A DNA stretch of 64,000 bases from Eledone cirrhosa. Taxonomy: Eukaryota. This document shows, piece by piece, positions 12,927 to 26,191 of the stretch. The notes below the pieces were generated by a model. That model was not told where the DNA came from, made no database searches, and was given only the letters and a program-made list of their open reading frames with translations. The DNA lies in contig OZ024740.1 of the NCBI GenBank assembly GCA_964016885.1, positions 381,610,001-381,674,000 on the forward strand, in the 5' to 3' direction. Position 1 is the first letter of the stretch. Each line of letters starts with the position of its first letter. The position numbers and the translations under genes were made by a program.

Positions 12927-14143
12927 ATCTGTCTCTACCTACCCACTTACATATCTATCTACCTATGTTTGTTACTATAACTGTCTGTGGACAAATTAAA
13001 CTGGAACTCTATCGGTTACGACAACCTCTGTTCCAATTGAAACCGATCAACGGAAAAATCTGCTCCTGAAATTACCGTGCATGTGTTTGATCCTGAATAA
13101 AAAATGGGGAGAAGTTAGGGATGACCGAATATTCCAGCATCGTTAGATAGAATGACGTAATCAAAGAATAGTTAAACTAATTATTTTTGCTATAAACCAC
13201 AGCATTCCTGACGAGTTCTCTGCTAGTATATAACTATATCTATCATACAGACAGACAGACGCACACATACATACAGACTGACACACACATACATATACAC
13301 ACGCACACATAAACACACATACACCTACCCCCCCCCCCCCATATATATATAATAAGACATCTGGTTTTGGTTTTATTGGTCTATTCACTCAAATTATTTA
13401 AAAAATAATTTCATAGTTTCTATTGCTTTTCTATGTATCCGTCTATGCTGTATTGTATTGTAATACGTATTAAACTTCAGTTATAACAGATCGAACATTA
13501 ATCTACTTTCAGTTGTATTCGTATTTAATGACAATAAATTGAATTAAATTATTAGTACCTAACAACATCATAAAAGATGATCACAGAAATGTTTCAACGT
13601 AGAATCATGTGATACAAAATTTGAATACCACAAATCCTTCAGTTTGTCGTTGAGCCGTCTGTGAAGCACTCACCAATCGATATAGATAATTAAATTGAGA
13701 ATATAAAAAAAAATATCCCCAAAGAATTAAAGTTACTTTGTTTGAAGTAGGTTTAGGATATAATTAGTTTTATAGAAATCGGTTTGTCGTTTTATGTTTG
13801 TTACCCAGTACTAAAAGCACGTTTCAGAAATGACACGATCAAAGTTGTAACAAGTAACACATTAATATTGAGCTTTCAGAATTCCATTTAAAATTAAACT
13901 TTATTTTTGTTTCAAGACTTCTGTGATCTCTAGGCTTAGTGATCAATTATTTTTTCTGTTGCATTAAACAGATGTAATCTGATCATTATTCTGGACAATC
14001 TGTCATGTCAAGAATGGGTATTTATATTTTACAATACATAGAACTTGTTCCTGTTAAATGAAATGAAACAAAAAGTAAAATGTGTGCTCAGAAACAAAAT
14101 GAAATATCTGAAGCTGTATTTTGATCACTGCTCTTGAGCATCA

Positions 14144-14776
14144 TCTATATATATAAAACTGAGGATGTGTGTGTGTGTGTGTGAGAGAGTTTGAATCCCT
14201 AAAACTCGAGAAGAACCAAACCGATTCTTTTCAAACTTTACATGTGTATTACTTATGTTTCAGCGAGTGTTATGACATTCAACTTTTTGATGCCCTAGGG
14301 CCCGCATTAGGTGAAACACTGCGTTTTTTCAGCTTTTAGGGGTTTTTTAAGGCGTTACGTCAGACCGATTACCCTGAAATTGTAACTATGTATTAGTCAA
14401 TCTCTTCTTCATACTCTGAGCAAAGAAAATCCAACTTTTTTTATGTCCTAGGGACCGCATTAGGTGAAAAACTTCATTTTTTCAGCTTTTTAGGGCTTTT
14501 TCAGGCGCTACGTCTAGCCGATTTTCCCGAAATTTCAAGGCATGTTATACACATTAACAAAATTCATTTTCTTGATCCCCTAGGCCCGCATTAGGTGAAA
14601 GCCTGCATTTTTCCTGCTTCATCGAGGAAAATCTTAAAGATTATCCAGCCATCAGAGTATTCGGTTTATTTTCTATACATATATTGTCCAGGTATGCAGT
14701 TTTTCCACGATTAGGTCTGTTGGCGGCTCGCGTTCCAAAATACCTTATCCCGTGCAACGCCGTGTACCACTGCTAG
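14144..14776 (+). mobile_element. Non-autonomous Helitron-like element
   Basis: 5' A|TC-tatatatataaaa followed by (TG)n. Three internal repeats carry ccgcattaggtgaaa. The 3' end has GC-rich cccgtgcaacgccg followed by CTAG|T. No TSD. Confidence 0.7.
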
Positions 14777-15392
14777 TATGAAATATAACGTGGATAATGA
14801 ACTTACTTCACCGAAAGTTTACTTTACTTTTTCAGACCGTGGACAGTCAGGAAACTTACAAATGTTTTTCTTTTATATTAAACGGGATATAATTATCGCG
14901 CTTCATTCAAAGATATTATGAAATGCCAAAAGCAGAGCACTAGGGGTTTTCTCAGATTTCGGAATTTGCATTAAAATATATTCGTTACAACTGGAAATTG
15001 AAGCCAGCTCCAGGACACGGAATAAAGGGGTATGTGTCTTACTAAATACGTGTGACTGAAAATTATTTTATGCCGAAATCACAACATACTTCGTTCTCAT
15101 TTTGATTATATTCTATGCGTATTGGTGCAGTAAGTTTAGATTTTGTAGGGATATGATCTGACCATCTTAGGAGTGAGGAATATTTCATAAATTCCTCATT
15201 ACAGTTAATATGTTAAGTATGATAACCCATGAAGCTGCAGTACAAATGTGTTAATACAGAATCGAAATTATATAGAAGGATCTGTTTTTTAACACATTTA
15301 GTGATTCAAACATCCACAGATTTAAGGAAATATACATACATACGCAGATACGTAGATGCATAGAAACGTTTGCAGAAATATATTTATACATA

Positions 15393-16268
15393 CGAGGTGT
15401 GTCAGAAAAGTTCCAGGACTGATGTCACAAAAGATTTATTTCAAACCCAAACTTCACACTAAGAGTTTTCTCCTACAAAGTAATCTCCCTGGAGTATGTA
15501 ACTGCAATCTTAGCTCTCTGCAGCGAACACACTTTTTTCTTCATAATTGTATATACATGTCCTCTGTTTCAGGTCGTCAAGCAATGAGCGCAGAGCAACG
15601 AACAAACTTGAAGTTTCTGGTACGGTTGGGGAAAACTCCGTCAGAAGCACTGGGATTTCTGCAGCAAGTGTATGGAGATGAGACGATGTCACGCTCACGT
15701 GTTTTTGAGTGGTGCAAGATGACCCCAGGAGTAGAAGGCCCTCAACAACTAGGACTGAGGTCAACGTTGAGCGCGTCAGGAAGATGGTGCGTAGCAATCG
15801 TCGGCTGACTGTTCGACTGATGGCAAATGAGCTGACCATGACTCGGGACAGCGTCTGGAAGATTCTCACTGAAGATTTGGACATGCGGAAAGTTTGCGCG
15901 AAGAAGGTGCCAAAAGTGCTGAACGATGACCAGAAGGGTCGGCACATTCAAGTGTGCCAGGACATCCTCGAACGTGTTGAAACCGAACCAGACTTGCTAG
16001 GGACAGTCATCACCGGTGGATCTTCGAGTACGACCAGGAGGGGGCCCGTTTTGAAGACGTGAACGACATCAAAAATGCCGTGACGACGAAACTGCGGAGG
16101 ATCCCGGAAGAATCCTTCCAGCAGTGCATGCAAGCGTGGCAGAAAAGGATGAAAAAGTGCATTAGACTCCAGGGAGATTACTTTGAACGAGAAAACTCTT
16201 AGTGTGAAGTTTGGGCTTGAAATAAATCTTTGGTGACATCAGTTCTGGAACTTTTCTGACACACCTCG
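15393..16268 (+). mobile_element. Mariner DNA transposon, internally deleted
   Basis: TA TSD and ~103-bp inverted ends (cgaggtgtgtcagaaaagttccag...). Transposase remnants are EQRTNLKFLVRLGKTPSEA, DDPRSRRPST, VITG and the C-terminal KCIRLQGDYFE. Most of the catalytic domain is lost. Confidence 0.93.
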
Positions 16269-17395
16269 TATACTTGAGCAATATATACAGTTGTTACGTG
16301 CGCTCGTGTGTGTGTGTGTGCGTGCGTGCGTGTGCGTATATATTCCATGTGTAAGTATGCATCTTCGTGTGATTTGTCTTTTAACCGTCCACATATATTC
16401 TTCAGACTTTCAGTCATCTTCCATTGTTAGTTGAAAATAATTACTGTATGTATAACTGTGTAACTGGCTATGTACACACAAACACATACACCAACACACA
16501 TTCAAATACACACAAAAGTACAAACATATTGCTCTTACGCTCTCTCTCTCTCTGTTTGGGTATTTACAAAGATTCTACCCGAAGATATTTTGTGGAAGAC
16601 ACATTTGTTTTCTCATTTCCATTTCCTTCTCTGAATTTTTGATTTATAGTTATCGATCAATATTCTTCGTATATAGATTAGAGTGAATAAGATTAAACCG
16701 TCAACAAACGTATAAATTTACGTACATGCAGACATACGTAAACACAACGAAAACATGCAAAAATGCATGTTGAATTATGAGGAAAATGTATGGGCATATA
16801 CTATATTTTACGATGAGTAACATATATTTTAACAAGGTAATATATATTATAACATAAATGTATATGTGCGCATTTTATACGTACAAATACACAAACATAT
16901 ATAATGGCATGCATATATGTATATTTATAAACTTGTATTTTCGCAAGTGAACTTGCATATATAGTTTTTTATGTTCTGTAAATTTTTTATTCACTGATTT
17001 CCATCATGATATTCCTGGAGCCTATATAGTCCTGCAGCAATGTTTACTGTCTTTTGGCTGGGGATATTGATTTGGAGCAATTTGATTTTGTTATAAATAA
17101 TATTAGCAATTTTCTTTATATATATATAGCCAAATGTGTGTAAATCATTTGAAAATAGTGACTTATTCCAGCCTACAGTTAGTTATTGTTAACAAACATT
17201 GACTCATGAGAGATGTTTCAAAACAACTTGAACAATTCTTATTTAATTGTGTATACCGGATACGTAATTCTGTTTTCTACTTCCATTTGTAATTGCACTA
17301 AATAACCGCAGGTCATTTAAAACTTGGCTGTTGCTCGTAACCGCGGAAAACAGTCACCCCTGGAAAGAATTCAGGTAATATAACATTATATTATG

Positions 17396-17472
<77 letters not shown>

Positions 17473-17699
17473 TGTTATAGTTTGCTTGAAGCATTGTATA
17501 TAATATATAACGTTGAAAGAGATACAAGGCTAAACAATGCAAAATGGACTGAAAGATTAGGTAACGAAAAGTAAGTTACCTGGTAATCTTTGTTATGTTT
17601 TGTTGTGTAGAAAGTGTATGTAGTTATGAATTGTCAAGAATTGAAATATATAAAACACCGACTAATTATCCACAGTAAGTAGCTACTTTATACACTTTT

Positions 17700-18500
17700 G
17701 GGAGTAGATAGCGCTGGGAGATGCACTGGGTGAGGTCTATTGATTGTGGGAAGATGAAGAAAACAAACCTGTGAGACGTATGTATGTATAAAGAAGACAA
17801 TATTATGTATGTATATTCCTGTTCTCGAATGAAATAGTTGTTATCTAGATAATGTTGCATGAGCTTCAATCAACTCTCCCTACAGTTCTAGCGTAGTATA
17901 CCAGATTCTAAATATACCTTTACTTGAGATACTGAGGTCCAATATTTGTCCCTGGAGAGGCTTGCTATATTCGAGATTTACCTAAATTACAAACTTTTCC
18001 ACGGATCATATAAATGAGTTGATCGATTTCCCAGAATGAACGAATTGGTTGACTTTCAAAGTCATATATATCCTGGATCTCCGCATATTTTTTGAGACCA
18101 TAATTCTGGAAATTCATTTCCAAAGTGCAGATTTTGACGATGACTTTTGTGGAATGCTTTCAGATACCCATGAAATCATGGCTCTCCTTTCGACGCTAGC
18201 AGTGTTTTCAAAAATAATTGCAAGTGACAATATAGGTTGGCACAAATGGCATAAAACGGAAACAAAGATCACACTGGATCAAAATAGACAAGGCAAGGCA
18301 TGGCATCCGTAACTCCAACATTATCGTCACTGAAAATTTAAAAGCTGCAGTTGAGCTTACTGTCATTTAAACTAAAAGAAGTGGTAACAAATATGCTTAA
18401 TCTGATGCACTACACGATCAAATACTACTATGCATTTAAACTGACGTTCTGGCATCTCTGGTGCCATAAAGTTAAACATCTTTTAGAATAACTTGACAAA
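17700..18500 (+). mobile_element. Highly decayed LINE RT remnant
   Basis: Only weak RT-like peptides across frames (LWNAFRYP; TNG..IKIDK..RQG; IIVTENL). Ends are approximate. Confidence 0.3.
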
Positions 18501-18784
18501 TCAACAACCACTGATGTCCAATTATTTAATTCCAGTGTCACAAGAATTAAGTAGGTAAGCAATAACTCTTAAAGTATAAGGAAGTTAAATTGACCTCCGG
18601 TAGTTTCGAGGATGAGTGTTCCTACTCATGAAATTAACGTGCACATTGTGGAAAATTCTATAGACAGGAGTACCCATAATGTAAGTCAAACACGTATTTG
18701 TGGAATTCTTAGCCATTTGCTCGTTAATTCCATAAGGGAGATTCTGTGTGACATATAGATTTATTTGACTTCAGATCATTGTAA

Positions 18785-18870
18785 ATAAATCTTGCTCAAG
18801 GCGGAACGGAGGGGGATTGGACGTGGGACCTTACGATTGCAAAGCGAACGTCTTGGCCACTCGGTCATGC
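18785..18870 (-). mobile_element. Old tRNA-derived SINE head
   Basis: Minus strand gcatgaccgagtggccaagacgttcgctttgcaatcgtaaggtcccacgtccaatcc is tRNA-like with A/B-box remnants. Confidence 0.5.
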
Positions 18871-19324
18871 TGCGTATACATATACACGTGTCTATCACAA
18901 TAACCTTTTGCTGCGATCAGAATTGAACCTAGTAGTGTAAGTCGAACTTAAATATAACAGTATATTTACTACAGGTTTTAACTGAATATAACGCTTAATA
19001 TCTTTCATATTCGACAGAATATATTTTTAGTTTTTTCTTCTGGCTAGAGATGGCTTCAATGAAATGAAATGGATCTAAAGGAAAATCGAAACTACGTTGT
19101 AGTCTCATCACTCCGGGATATTATTACTTTATTTCGTACGGTTCCCAATTTCACTTCTTCTTACATCAATATTACATTTAATATGAGAAACCAGTTTTGA
19201 TTGAATGCAATGGGTTTTATCTCATATACTAGTGCTGAATTACAATTCAAGTATATATATGTATAACACTCAAATATATACACATACACGCACACTTACA
19301 CACGCACACACACACACACGCACG

Positions 19325-19420
<96 letters not shown>

Positions 19421-19591
19421 AAAGTAATAGATATTGAATCGTGCTTTTAATTTACTTTGCCGGGACACAGCTGCTATTGTGTAAATGAATAAGCCTTTAA
19501 ATGAAATAGAAACGGATGTTATAGAAATCTATCTCTACTGTACATCCACAGTTGAGTATAAATATATGCATACATATATACAAGTATATGA

Positions 19592-19698
<107 letters not shown>

Positions 19699-19822
19699 TA
19701 TATATACATATATATATATATATGTATATAAATATATATATATTATATATTATATATATTCATATATAATATATAATATATATAAATATACGTTATTTCG
19801 GGTTGAATCGGAGGTAACCACA

Positions 19823-19875
19823 GAGATTCCTGATGATTTCTAAAGAATGAAGCAGTTCTAGTCCTGTAGAATCTC
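19823..19875 (+). ncRNA. Hammerhead with GAAG in place of GAAA
   Basis: gagattc-CTGATGA-tttc taaa gaat-GAAG-cag ttctagtc ctg-TA-gaatctc. Same family as 49619-49669 and embedded in AT microsatellite. Confidence 0.75.
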
Positions 19876-19879
19876 ATCT

Positions 19880-20211
19880 ATATTATATATAAATATATAT
19901 ATATTATATATTATATATGTATATATAAATATATATATATTATATATTATATATGTATATATAAATATATATATATTATATATTATATATGTATATATAA
20001 ATATATATATATTATATATTATATATGTATATATATATGTATATATATTATATATTATATATGTATATATATATGTATATATATTATATATTATATATGT
20101 ATATATATATTATATATTAGATATGTATATATATATATTATATATGTATATATATATATTATATATGTATATATATATATATATTATATATGTATATATA
20201 TATATATTATG

Positions 20212-20245
<34 letters not shown>

Positions 20246-20400
20246 TTATATATGTATATATTTATATATATTATATATGTATATATATATATATATATAT
20301 TATATATGTATGTATATATATATATTTACACACACACATATATGTATGTGTATATATATATGTGTGTGCATATACACACATACATGTATATATAAAAATA
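19880..20400. repeat. Complex AT-rich micro/minisatellite
   Basis: Repeats of tattatatattatatatgtatatataaa-like units. Confidence 0.9.
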
Positions 20401-20511
20401 ATTCTACACTTTAGTACACAGACAACTATATGAGTATATATATATATATATATATATATACTCATATAGTTGTCTGTGTACTAAAGTGTAGAATTATTTT
20501 TATATATACAT
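20384..20511. repeat. Palindrome centred on (TA)n
   Basis: aaaaataattctacactttagtacacagacaactatatgag-(TA)n-exact reverse complement. Confidence 0.9.
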
Positions 20512-20625
20512 AGAAGGGCTTATGCCCGAAACGTCGTCCTCCACCTACCCCCCCACTCTCCTGAGCGTGAAGCTAATAAACATTTGTCGTACTGCCTCTC
20601 TGTTCTGTCCCTGTTCAATTTTTTA
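20512..20625 (+). mobile_element. PLE pLTR fragment beginning inside a hammerhead
   Basis: agaa-gggc ttat gccc-GAAA-cgtcg-TC. The 5' core and stem I are cut off. An aataaa follows and the fragment ends in (TA)n. Confidence 0.6.
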
Positions 20626-20664
20626 TTATATATATATATATATATATATATAGGAACGAGTAGG

Positions 20665-20758
20665 ACTCCGACGGCTGAGCTCAAGCCGTTTCGACGGCTA
20701 ATTCTGGACTAAATGAACATTTTTATCCTGGTATATGAATAGCCGAGCTTCTCAGGGT
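20665..20758 (-). ncRNA. Hammerhead-like motif with core CUGAGAA and long stems II and III
   Basis: Minus strand: cc-CTGAGAA-gct-cggcta..tagccg-tc-GAAA-cggct tgagctc agccg-TC-gg. Confidence 0.6.
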
Positions 20759-20825
20759 GTGTGTGTGTGTGTGCGTGCGTGTGTAATATATATATATATG
20801 AATGTGTGTGTGTGTATGTGTGCGA

Positions 20826-20857
<32 letters not shown>

Positions 20858-22051
20858 ATACCCCCCCCCCCCCATGCACACACACATTCATATATATATA
20901 TACATATATATTTAATCACATAGCTGTCTGTATACTGAACAGTGCAGAATTCTTTTGTCAGTCTTAGTTTATAATATTTCATCATGGCTACTGCGGCATT
21001 GATTTTTCTTATTAGAATTTTGAATGGGATCAACACTGGAATAACTACCTGACACACACGCACACAAGCAAAAGGTGGACGCAATGGTGTAGTATAAGTA
21101 ATACAATAATCCAAATAGCTAAGAAGTAAAAAAAGAGTGTGTAAAAATGTCTGGAAGTATTATTAAATTGCTACCATCTCAACTCTCTTGGTTCCATTCT
21201 CTTCTAAAGATATAATGACAAGTCAATACGTGGTGTCATTCTTTTTAATTGGTCTATTGACGTGATATATTTTGAAATTGATGTGGTTCGGTATATGTCA
21301 TATGTGTGTATATGAGTCTATATATATTTGTATGTCCGAGGTTGACAATATCTACAGGAATGTGTGCACATATACATACACAAACTCACACTCACAAACA
21401 CATATACACAGAAACCTATAGATATCTTGAAATAATTCTATCCATATTTACCTAGGAATTTCCAAGTACCGGCTGGCTACAATAATTTGGTTCTCACATG
21501 ATAAATCTGCCACAACCCGATTGACAATCTCATATTCTAAACAGACAAATAAACAATTAAAACACAAAAGTAACCAATTATATATGAACACTATAAATGT
21601 ATTGCCATTAGACCCTTTCTTGGCTTTTCCAGTGTACCCAATATTATATTAATACAGTATAATTGCAAGCAGGATTAATATAACACTGTTTAACACTTGC
21701 ATAAATGCTATAATAATAAAACATCATTTATAATTTGAATCTAAATCTTCCATTTAATAACAACTAAATTTATAACAGGATTAGTTTCAAAACGACAAAA
21801 GCACAAAATTCCAAATATAAACAATGATTTGTTATCGTACATTTTGATGAAAGTTATAAGCAGTGTTCTATTATTCTTACTGATAATTATATTTTATCAA
21901 TAGACACATTCTCACACATACACAGACACCCCCCCGCCCCCACACACATACTCCCCCCCCCCACACTATATATATACATATATATATCCAGGGAGTGTAA
22001 CTAACCAATAAACGCAATGACGGAGTAACCAATCGTCCTTGTTATTTTATT

Positions 22052-22104
<53 letters not shown>

Positions 22105-22305
22105 TTAGTTATACTATTTATGGTTATGTAAACACAAAACCTTAAGCAGTTGTAAGTATTTTACACACACCCTAAACAGTGGTAGGCAGTAATGTATTAC
22201 TACCTTATTACCAGTAAGTTAAGTAGCTCAATGTAAAAACATCAGATGATTTACAGAGCAGTTATATGAAATATAAGAATCAAAGAACTGTTCAAAACAT
22301 TATTG

Positions 22306-22352
22306 TGCTTACAGCTGTTTCCTCCAAACCGAGGTTTGGATTCTTCGGAGCA
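22306..22352 (-). ncRNA. Hammerhead (core CCGAAGA) in PLE 3' terminal region
   Basis: Reverse complement of 29264-29310. Confidence 0.75.
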
Positions 22353-23795
22353 ATTTATTAATGCATGGACAGTTATAGGACCTCCTTTTCAGCCGAGAGA
22401 CATACCAATACATATTCAAACATTGATACATATTCAAACATTGTGGGTCAACATTCATTACAGAATTTAGAGTGGCAGTACACACTTCGAGATTACATTT
22501 ATATTAATAGGTACAATCAAAAATCAAAGATATAGGTTAAAGTACAACATGAAGATAAGTGGTTATATAGTGCAAATGTTATATGTGTGGCACGCATGTG
22601 CGTCTTGTTTATATAGTGTGGCAGAGAGATATGTGTGGTAGAGGCACTTAGGTAGGTAAATAAGAGTGTTAGGTTGGTAGATCTGGTGGCAAAGTCTTTA
22701 TATGATTGATATAGTCTGTGTGTGGAGAAATATTATAAGCATTAAAGATAGTGCAAGCATTAAAAGTGTTATAAGTATTGGAGATGCACAGCGCAGGGAT
22801 GTCAAGTAATTCATGTACTTCGGCATTTTCATGGTCAAGGGAGTGTATATTTCGATTATATGCCTTTCACATAATCCACGACAATCCAGTTAGAGATCGT
22901 AGTCTGGTGTTCTTTAGTTCGATACAGGAGGTTGTTACGTTTCGAGAAACGCCATTGAATACCGGAAGTGTGTGTGTGGCTAAGGGGAGTTAATGCATGC
23001 GGGGAGGTAACTCTGGGGTTTCTATATCTAGCCATTAAAATGTGTCCCAATATAGACTCTAAATTCTATGGTGCGGTGCACCTTCCAAGAGAGACTTTTA
23101 AAGCACAAAGTGTACTAACTATAGAGTAGTTTAACTAAATTATGCTGAAGGTGATCATATTATTATTAAGGTGGATTAACCCATCTTAAGGTGCTACAAA
23201 TGGAAATTATAGATGATGAGCGAGGATTCTAAATTAATGATCTCTGTGGTTGTAGTCTGCTCATATGACCAGGCGCGGTGATTGCAGGATTGCTTCAGGA
23301 CCCAATGATCTCTGGTAAGATCTGGGTCATCGCTTGCTACATTGGATGTCGAAAGATAATCGTCCCCAGGCAGGCCAAAGGTCAATCCGCAGTCCTCGCG
23401 ACCCCTCTCCGACCGTCAGATCATCCATATACGTACAACCCGCACGGCAGTTGCATTGCATTCACTCACTGCGCTCAGCAGCCCGGTCCTACTGGTCAAC
23501 AGCGCTACTCGATTAAATCATTTTACATCTGTCTAAGGAAGGTGTTTCCTCTGCCCAACACCATCCAACCGATCAATTGATGTTCAAATTACCCTTAGAG
23601 CGATGTAGTGCCGTCCAAGTGGGTGGATGTTGTCACACCTGCCGTAGAGGTATAAATGGGTATTTTCCCTGCGAAGGGTTCCAGAGGGATGTCGTTGTTT
23701 GTGTTATAATGGATCAGCTAGTGTTGGGTATGTAGTATAGGGTGTGTCTCTGGTGTTTGATGCTAGATGTGGTGTTAGGTTCCAGTCCGACATTG

Positions 23796-26183
23796 CTATA
23801 TATAGGGCTTAAAGTTTTGGAAGGAATGTCTGAGGCGGTGCTGGCAAGTTGCAAACACCTCAGATTTTTTGTTAAGTAGGTTACGGTTGGAGAAGATAAT
23901 ATTGTGTGTCTCTAGTATACAGAGGTTACAGAATTTATTAGGTGGTTTGTACGAGGTCGCGCTGCCTATCACTTCCCATTTGAGTGTGTATGGTTTATTT
24001 TTAGATTTTAGATAGTGTATGTAGCTAGAAAGTGAGGTGGAGTTGGCTAGGCTGTGCTTTTTGAACGAGTGGATGTGCGAGTTATATCTGATTTTGAAGC
24101 AGTTAGAAGTGGAGCCTACATAGGTTTCTGAAGAGTTATTAGTCGTGACTGTGCATGAGTATATGACATCCTTGGTTAGGCATTTTTTATCTAAAGGGCA
24201 GGTTCTATTAGCTCTACAGTTACAATTATTCTGTGCGTTAGTCCGCTGGTTATAATGCAATGCGGAAGTCTGTGTGGTGGATATAGGATTTTGGGTGTTC
24301 GGGTTGACAACCCTGGTGTTATTACTTATACTAGTGTTATTTCTATTGTTACTGCCGTTGCTATTGTTGCTTGCTACAGTGGTATTTAGAGGGTTTGCAT
24401 CCCGTTGTGATTTTGTTTGTTGGAAGTAAGAACTAATTTTACTATTATTGCTGCTAGCTATGTGGTATGCTAAGTTAGGCGTCGTAGAGTATGAGATTTT
24501 AATGGTGTTTTTGTTTAAGAGGTTGTGGTACTTGTGTCCTAGAGGGAAGTTTTTATCTAGTAGTGAGAAGAAAGCCCTAGGTATGTTGGTGGAGACATTT
24601 AGGTTGAAAGGAGGGTTGAAAAATGTATTATTTCTTCTTCTATTTTTGCTTTTAGTGTTTGGTGTGTTGCTTCCTCCTAAGGCCTCACAGTAGTTTCCAT
24701 GGTAATGGTTACTTCCGGTGGCACCCTCCGCTTTGGTGTACTTGTGGTTGCTATTCCTATTATTAGATTTCCTCATGGACATGTTGTGCGAGATGATGTT
24801 GTAGCTATGTGTTTTCTTAGGTAGGAACTCAATTTCTATATTATGGCCGGAGCTAGCTAATGCTTGATTGTAATATTGTGAGTTTTTGCTAAATATGTTT
24901 GCGTCATAGGACAGACTAGAGATTCTATTGGACACCCCCTTAGAGATAGAGTTTAATATTGATCTAGGGTGATTAGACTTGGTATCTACGTAAATAAGTT
25001 TCTCATTAGGCTTATGGAAAGGTGTATATATTTTTGAGTCTAGGTATAGTGTGGCGTCTAGGAAGTTAACATTTTTAGTGTTTTTGTCCATGGTGATACT
25101 AAGGTTAAAGTTTTTGAATGTCTTATGCAGTTGTTTTCTAGTTCTTTCTATATTAAATTTTTTATATTCTATGAGTAGAAGTGCATCATCGCGGTACAAA
25201 CCACCGTTGAGGTAAGGGAGGTCTTTATGGATTTCATTGAGGAGGTATAGGCCGACCAAATCAGTGACCTGCGCCGAGTCACTAGATCCCATGGTTATGT
25301 CGAAGTTGTTGTGCGTATCCTTGCGTGTCCATAGTTGGTCCTCGAAGGTGATTATGGTTTTACGGGCCGCAAGGATGACATCAACCTGGGCTCTAGTCAG
25401 GTCGCTATTGGTCATGGCCATGATAAGTGCCTTATTTAATAGGATAGGGGAAATAGAGGTGTATTATGAATTGATATCATATTGAATAAATTTTTTGTTC
25501 TTATTATTCTTGATATCCTTAAACCATTCAATTACTTCACCCGTATTTCCCCATTGTTTAAGGTGTATCTTGTGTTTAATTTGTGGGATGATTTTATCCA
25601 AAATCTTCTTGCTGATAATACCAATGTCGGACTTGGAAGGGCAGATAAGTCTTATCGTGGGGTTGCTGATGAAGTTCTCCTTATGGTCCTTCAGAGAGAA
25701 TCTAGGGGGGTTCGGAGTGAAAGGTTGTGTATGCCTCTGTAGTCCTAGTTTAGACACTATATTATAACCCTCTACATTAATATCTTCTAAGTTTTTCAAG
25801 GTGGTTTTTTTGTAGCTTTTATGTAGTTCATTATATATAAACTTTCTATAAGTAATATAATCTAGGCTGTATATGTTATTAGTTTTATCTGCGTGTACAA
25901 TAATTTTATTACTAGTTTTGAATCCACTAATAGAAGTGTTAAGTTTGTTTAAGAAGGTGTTGCTTCTAATATGGTGCTTATTGTATTTAATGTTCTTAAC
26001 TAGTTTAACTAGGTCATTTTCAAAGGAGTTAAGTAGAGTGTTATGAGGGGGGCTTTTAAAGGTTTTAAAGCCGAAGGAGTCAAAATTGTTAGTATTATTC
26101 AAGTTGTTAGATTTGTTTCTATCATAATGGAATGTCCTCCATCTCACTCTATTGATAAATGAATTTACACTGTTGATCAGCAA
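23796..26183 (-). pseudogene. PLE RT-endonuclease ORF (~795 codons) with one in-frame TAA
   Basis: ORFs 25464-26183 and 23796-25421 are in the same frame. The join reads FIQYDINS*YTSI (RT motif A). Other motifs: ADKTNN, MGSSDSAQVTDLVGLYLL, GLYRDD, VNFLD, VIYSC..YVGST, FCNLCILE, CQH. Confidence 0.92.
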
Positions 26184-26191
26184 TTTCTCAT

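Larger units (their letters stand above)
22101..26185 (-). mobile_element. Penelope-like element, left arm, likely Hydra clade
   Basis: RT + CxCx5C (CNCRANRTC) + C-terminal GIY-YIG, ~1.5-kb 3' UTR, HHR, 3' end at (TA)n. Confidence 0.93.
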
